A stretch of DNA of 27,325 bases from a virus. Taxonomy: Duplodnaviria; Caudoviricetes. The notes beneath the pieces were generated by a model. The model was given only the letters and a program-made list of their open reading frames with translations, had not been told where the DNA came from and searched no databases. Of this stretch, positions 26,104-27,325 are shown one piece after another. Location of the stretch: the IMG/VR virus record IMGVR_UViG_3300037515_000384, positions 1 to 27,325 of that record, one strand, 5' to 3'. How positions within the stretch are numbered: the stretch's first letter is position 1; each line of letters starts with the position of its first letter. A program made the position numbers and the translations under genes.

Positions 26104-26747
26104 GCCGCCCTCCTCGCCGCGCCGACCCGCTCGGCCACCCGCCGCACGCGCCGTCCCGTCTCCGCGGGCACGGAGCCCTGCTCGCGCCACGTCCGCAGTT
26201 GCCCGCCGTCGACCCCGAGGACTCCGGCGAGCGCGTCGTCGTCGATCCGGTCGGCGAGCCAGCGCAGCAGGACCGCGGCCCCGTCGGAGCGCTCGTGGAC
26301 ACGCTGTGCGGCGCGCAGGCGGGCCTCGTGCGAGGAGTGGCGCATCCGGCAGCCGGGGCAGCGGCAGCCGTGCCCGTGGTGGCCGCGGTAGCAGGCGACG
26401 TCCGGCTCGGGATGGAACCCGGTCGGGCAGGAGTGGATCTCGGGCTCAGGCTCCGGCCCGGCTGCGCAGGCCCGCTCGGCGACCGCGCGCAGGCAGTCGC
26501 CGAGCCCCCGGTCGACGGCGATGCGGTCGGCGACGACCCTCCTTGCGTGCAGGACCGTCGTGTGGTCGCGCCGCCACCAGCGGCCCACGGCGAGCGACGA
26601 CGCACCGGCGCGCAGTGCCGCCCACATGGCCTCCTGGCGGGCGCGGGTGGCGGGGTCGCTCTTGGCCGTGCGGGCGCGCAGCCGGTCGACGTCGAGCCCG
26701 TGCAGGGCGGCGACGCCCGCGGCGCACGCGGCTACGAGGGCGGTCAC
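26100..26747 (-). CDS. DnaA domain IV-like HTH protein with Zn motif and second HTH
   Basis: ARQEAMW...SSLAVGRWWRRDHTTVLHA matches the DnaA C-terminal signature; then GCRCPGC and LAGVLGVDGGQLRTWR. Confidence 0.75.
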   Translation of the reverse strand: MTALVAACAAGVAALHGLDVDRLRARTAKSDPATRARQEAMWAALRAGASSLAVGRWWRRDHTTVLHARRVVADRIAVDRGLGDCLRAVAERACAAGPEPEPEIHSCPTGFHPEPDVACYRGHHGHGCRCPGCRMRHSSHEARLRAAQRVHERSDGAAVLLRWLADRIDDDALAGVLGVDGGQLRTWREQGSVPAETGRRVRRVAERVGAARRAA

Positions 26748-27325
26748 AGCCGCACCGGCATCTGCAGGTAGCGGAAGCCGGGCTCTGCGAACAGGATCGG
26801 CCTTTGGATGTACCGCTCACCCTCGTAGCCGGGGTGCGGCGAGGCGTCCACGTGGACGGTCGCGGTGTCCGAGCGCAGCGTCCCGAGCCCGTCGAGCAGG
26901 AGCCGGCGGTTGAGGCCCAGCGGGACGGGCAGGCCGCCGTCGACCGCGACGCGCTCGAGCGCCCGCCCTTCGTCGGCCGTCTTCGTCTCGATCGTGAGTG
27001 TGCCCCCGTCGGTCGTCAGGATCGCGGGCGAAGAGGTCGACCGGATGTCGAGGGCGGCCATGCTGCGACGCAGCGCCCGCACGACCGTCAGACGCTCGAA
27101 CCGCAGCGGCGGTCCCGGGTCGGCGGGCAGCAGCCGGTCGACGTCGGGATACTCGCCCTCGCCGAGCCGGGTCGTCCACGCCACTCCCTCACGGGTCAGG
27201 CGCAGGCACGTCCCGTCGGTCGTCGCCGCCCAGCCGTCGTCGACTCGCAGCGCGGCGCGCAGCACGGCGGCGGGGATCAGCAGCTCAGGCAGGACCTGCG
27301 TCTCCTCGCCGAGGTCGGCGACGGC
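26744..27325 (-). CDS. dnaN: DNA polymerase III beta sliding clamp-like protein (5' truncated)
   Basis: TRLGEGEYPDVDRLLP, LGLNRRLLLDGL, C-terminal FRYLQMPVRL; frame open to the window edge. Confidence 0.85.
   Translation of the reverse strand, partial: AVADLGEETQVLPELLIPAAVLRAALRVDDGWAATTDGTCLRLTREGVAWTTRLGEGEYPDVDRLLPADPGPPLRFERLTVVRALRRSMAALDIRSTSSPAILTTDGGTLTIETKTADEGRALERVAVDGGLPVPLGLNRRLLLDGLGTLRSDTATVHVDASPHPGYEGERYIQRPILFAEPGFRYLQMPVRL

Larger units (their letters stand above)
1..27325 (-). mobile_element. Actinobacterial siphovirus/prophage segment (replication, packaging, head and tail modules)
   Basis: Co-oriented terminase-portal-protease-capsid-tail-tape measure synteny; WhiB and Rpf genes and high GC point to an actinobacterial host. 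No integrase or att site in the window. Confidence 0.95.

Noticed and set aside
1-27325. CRISPR array, tRNA, integrase/att, lysis cassette, diversity-generating retroelement, canonical DnaA boxes
   Set aside because: None recognised by eye; a scan would be needed to exclude degenerate copies.

Overview
The window is a contiguous segment of a high-GC actinobacterial siphovirus or prophage with an HK97-type head. Almost all real genes are on the minus strand and are often translationally coupled (ATGA/GTGA overlaps). Read right to left, it holds an early/replication module (partial beta clamp, DnaA domain IV-like protein, two WhiB, C5 and amino DNA methyltransferases, replication initiator, secreted Rpf-domain protein, ParB-like protein, Zn-finger regulator), a putative late promoter, packaging genes (HNH, TerS, TerL, portal), head genes (Clp protease, MCP, decoration proteins, a beta-helix protein) and tail genes (adaptor, terminator, two tail-tube paralogues, frameshifted chaperone, tape measure, LamG tail protein). 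Highlights: (1) a mobile HNH gene appears to have inserted into the packaging HNH gene, supplying an AT-rich recoded copy of its C-terminus, with a similar signature and an RBS-sequestering hairpin at a second HNH after the capsid gene; (2) a stand-alone secreted Rpf co-located with WhiB, DnaA-IV and DnaN; (3) a pectin-lyase-like protein in the head cluster; (4) an antisense lipoprotein moron. All calls are by eye from motifs and synteny; no searches were run.
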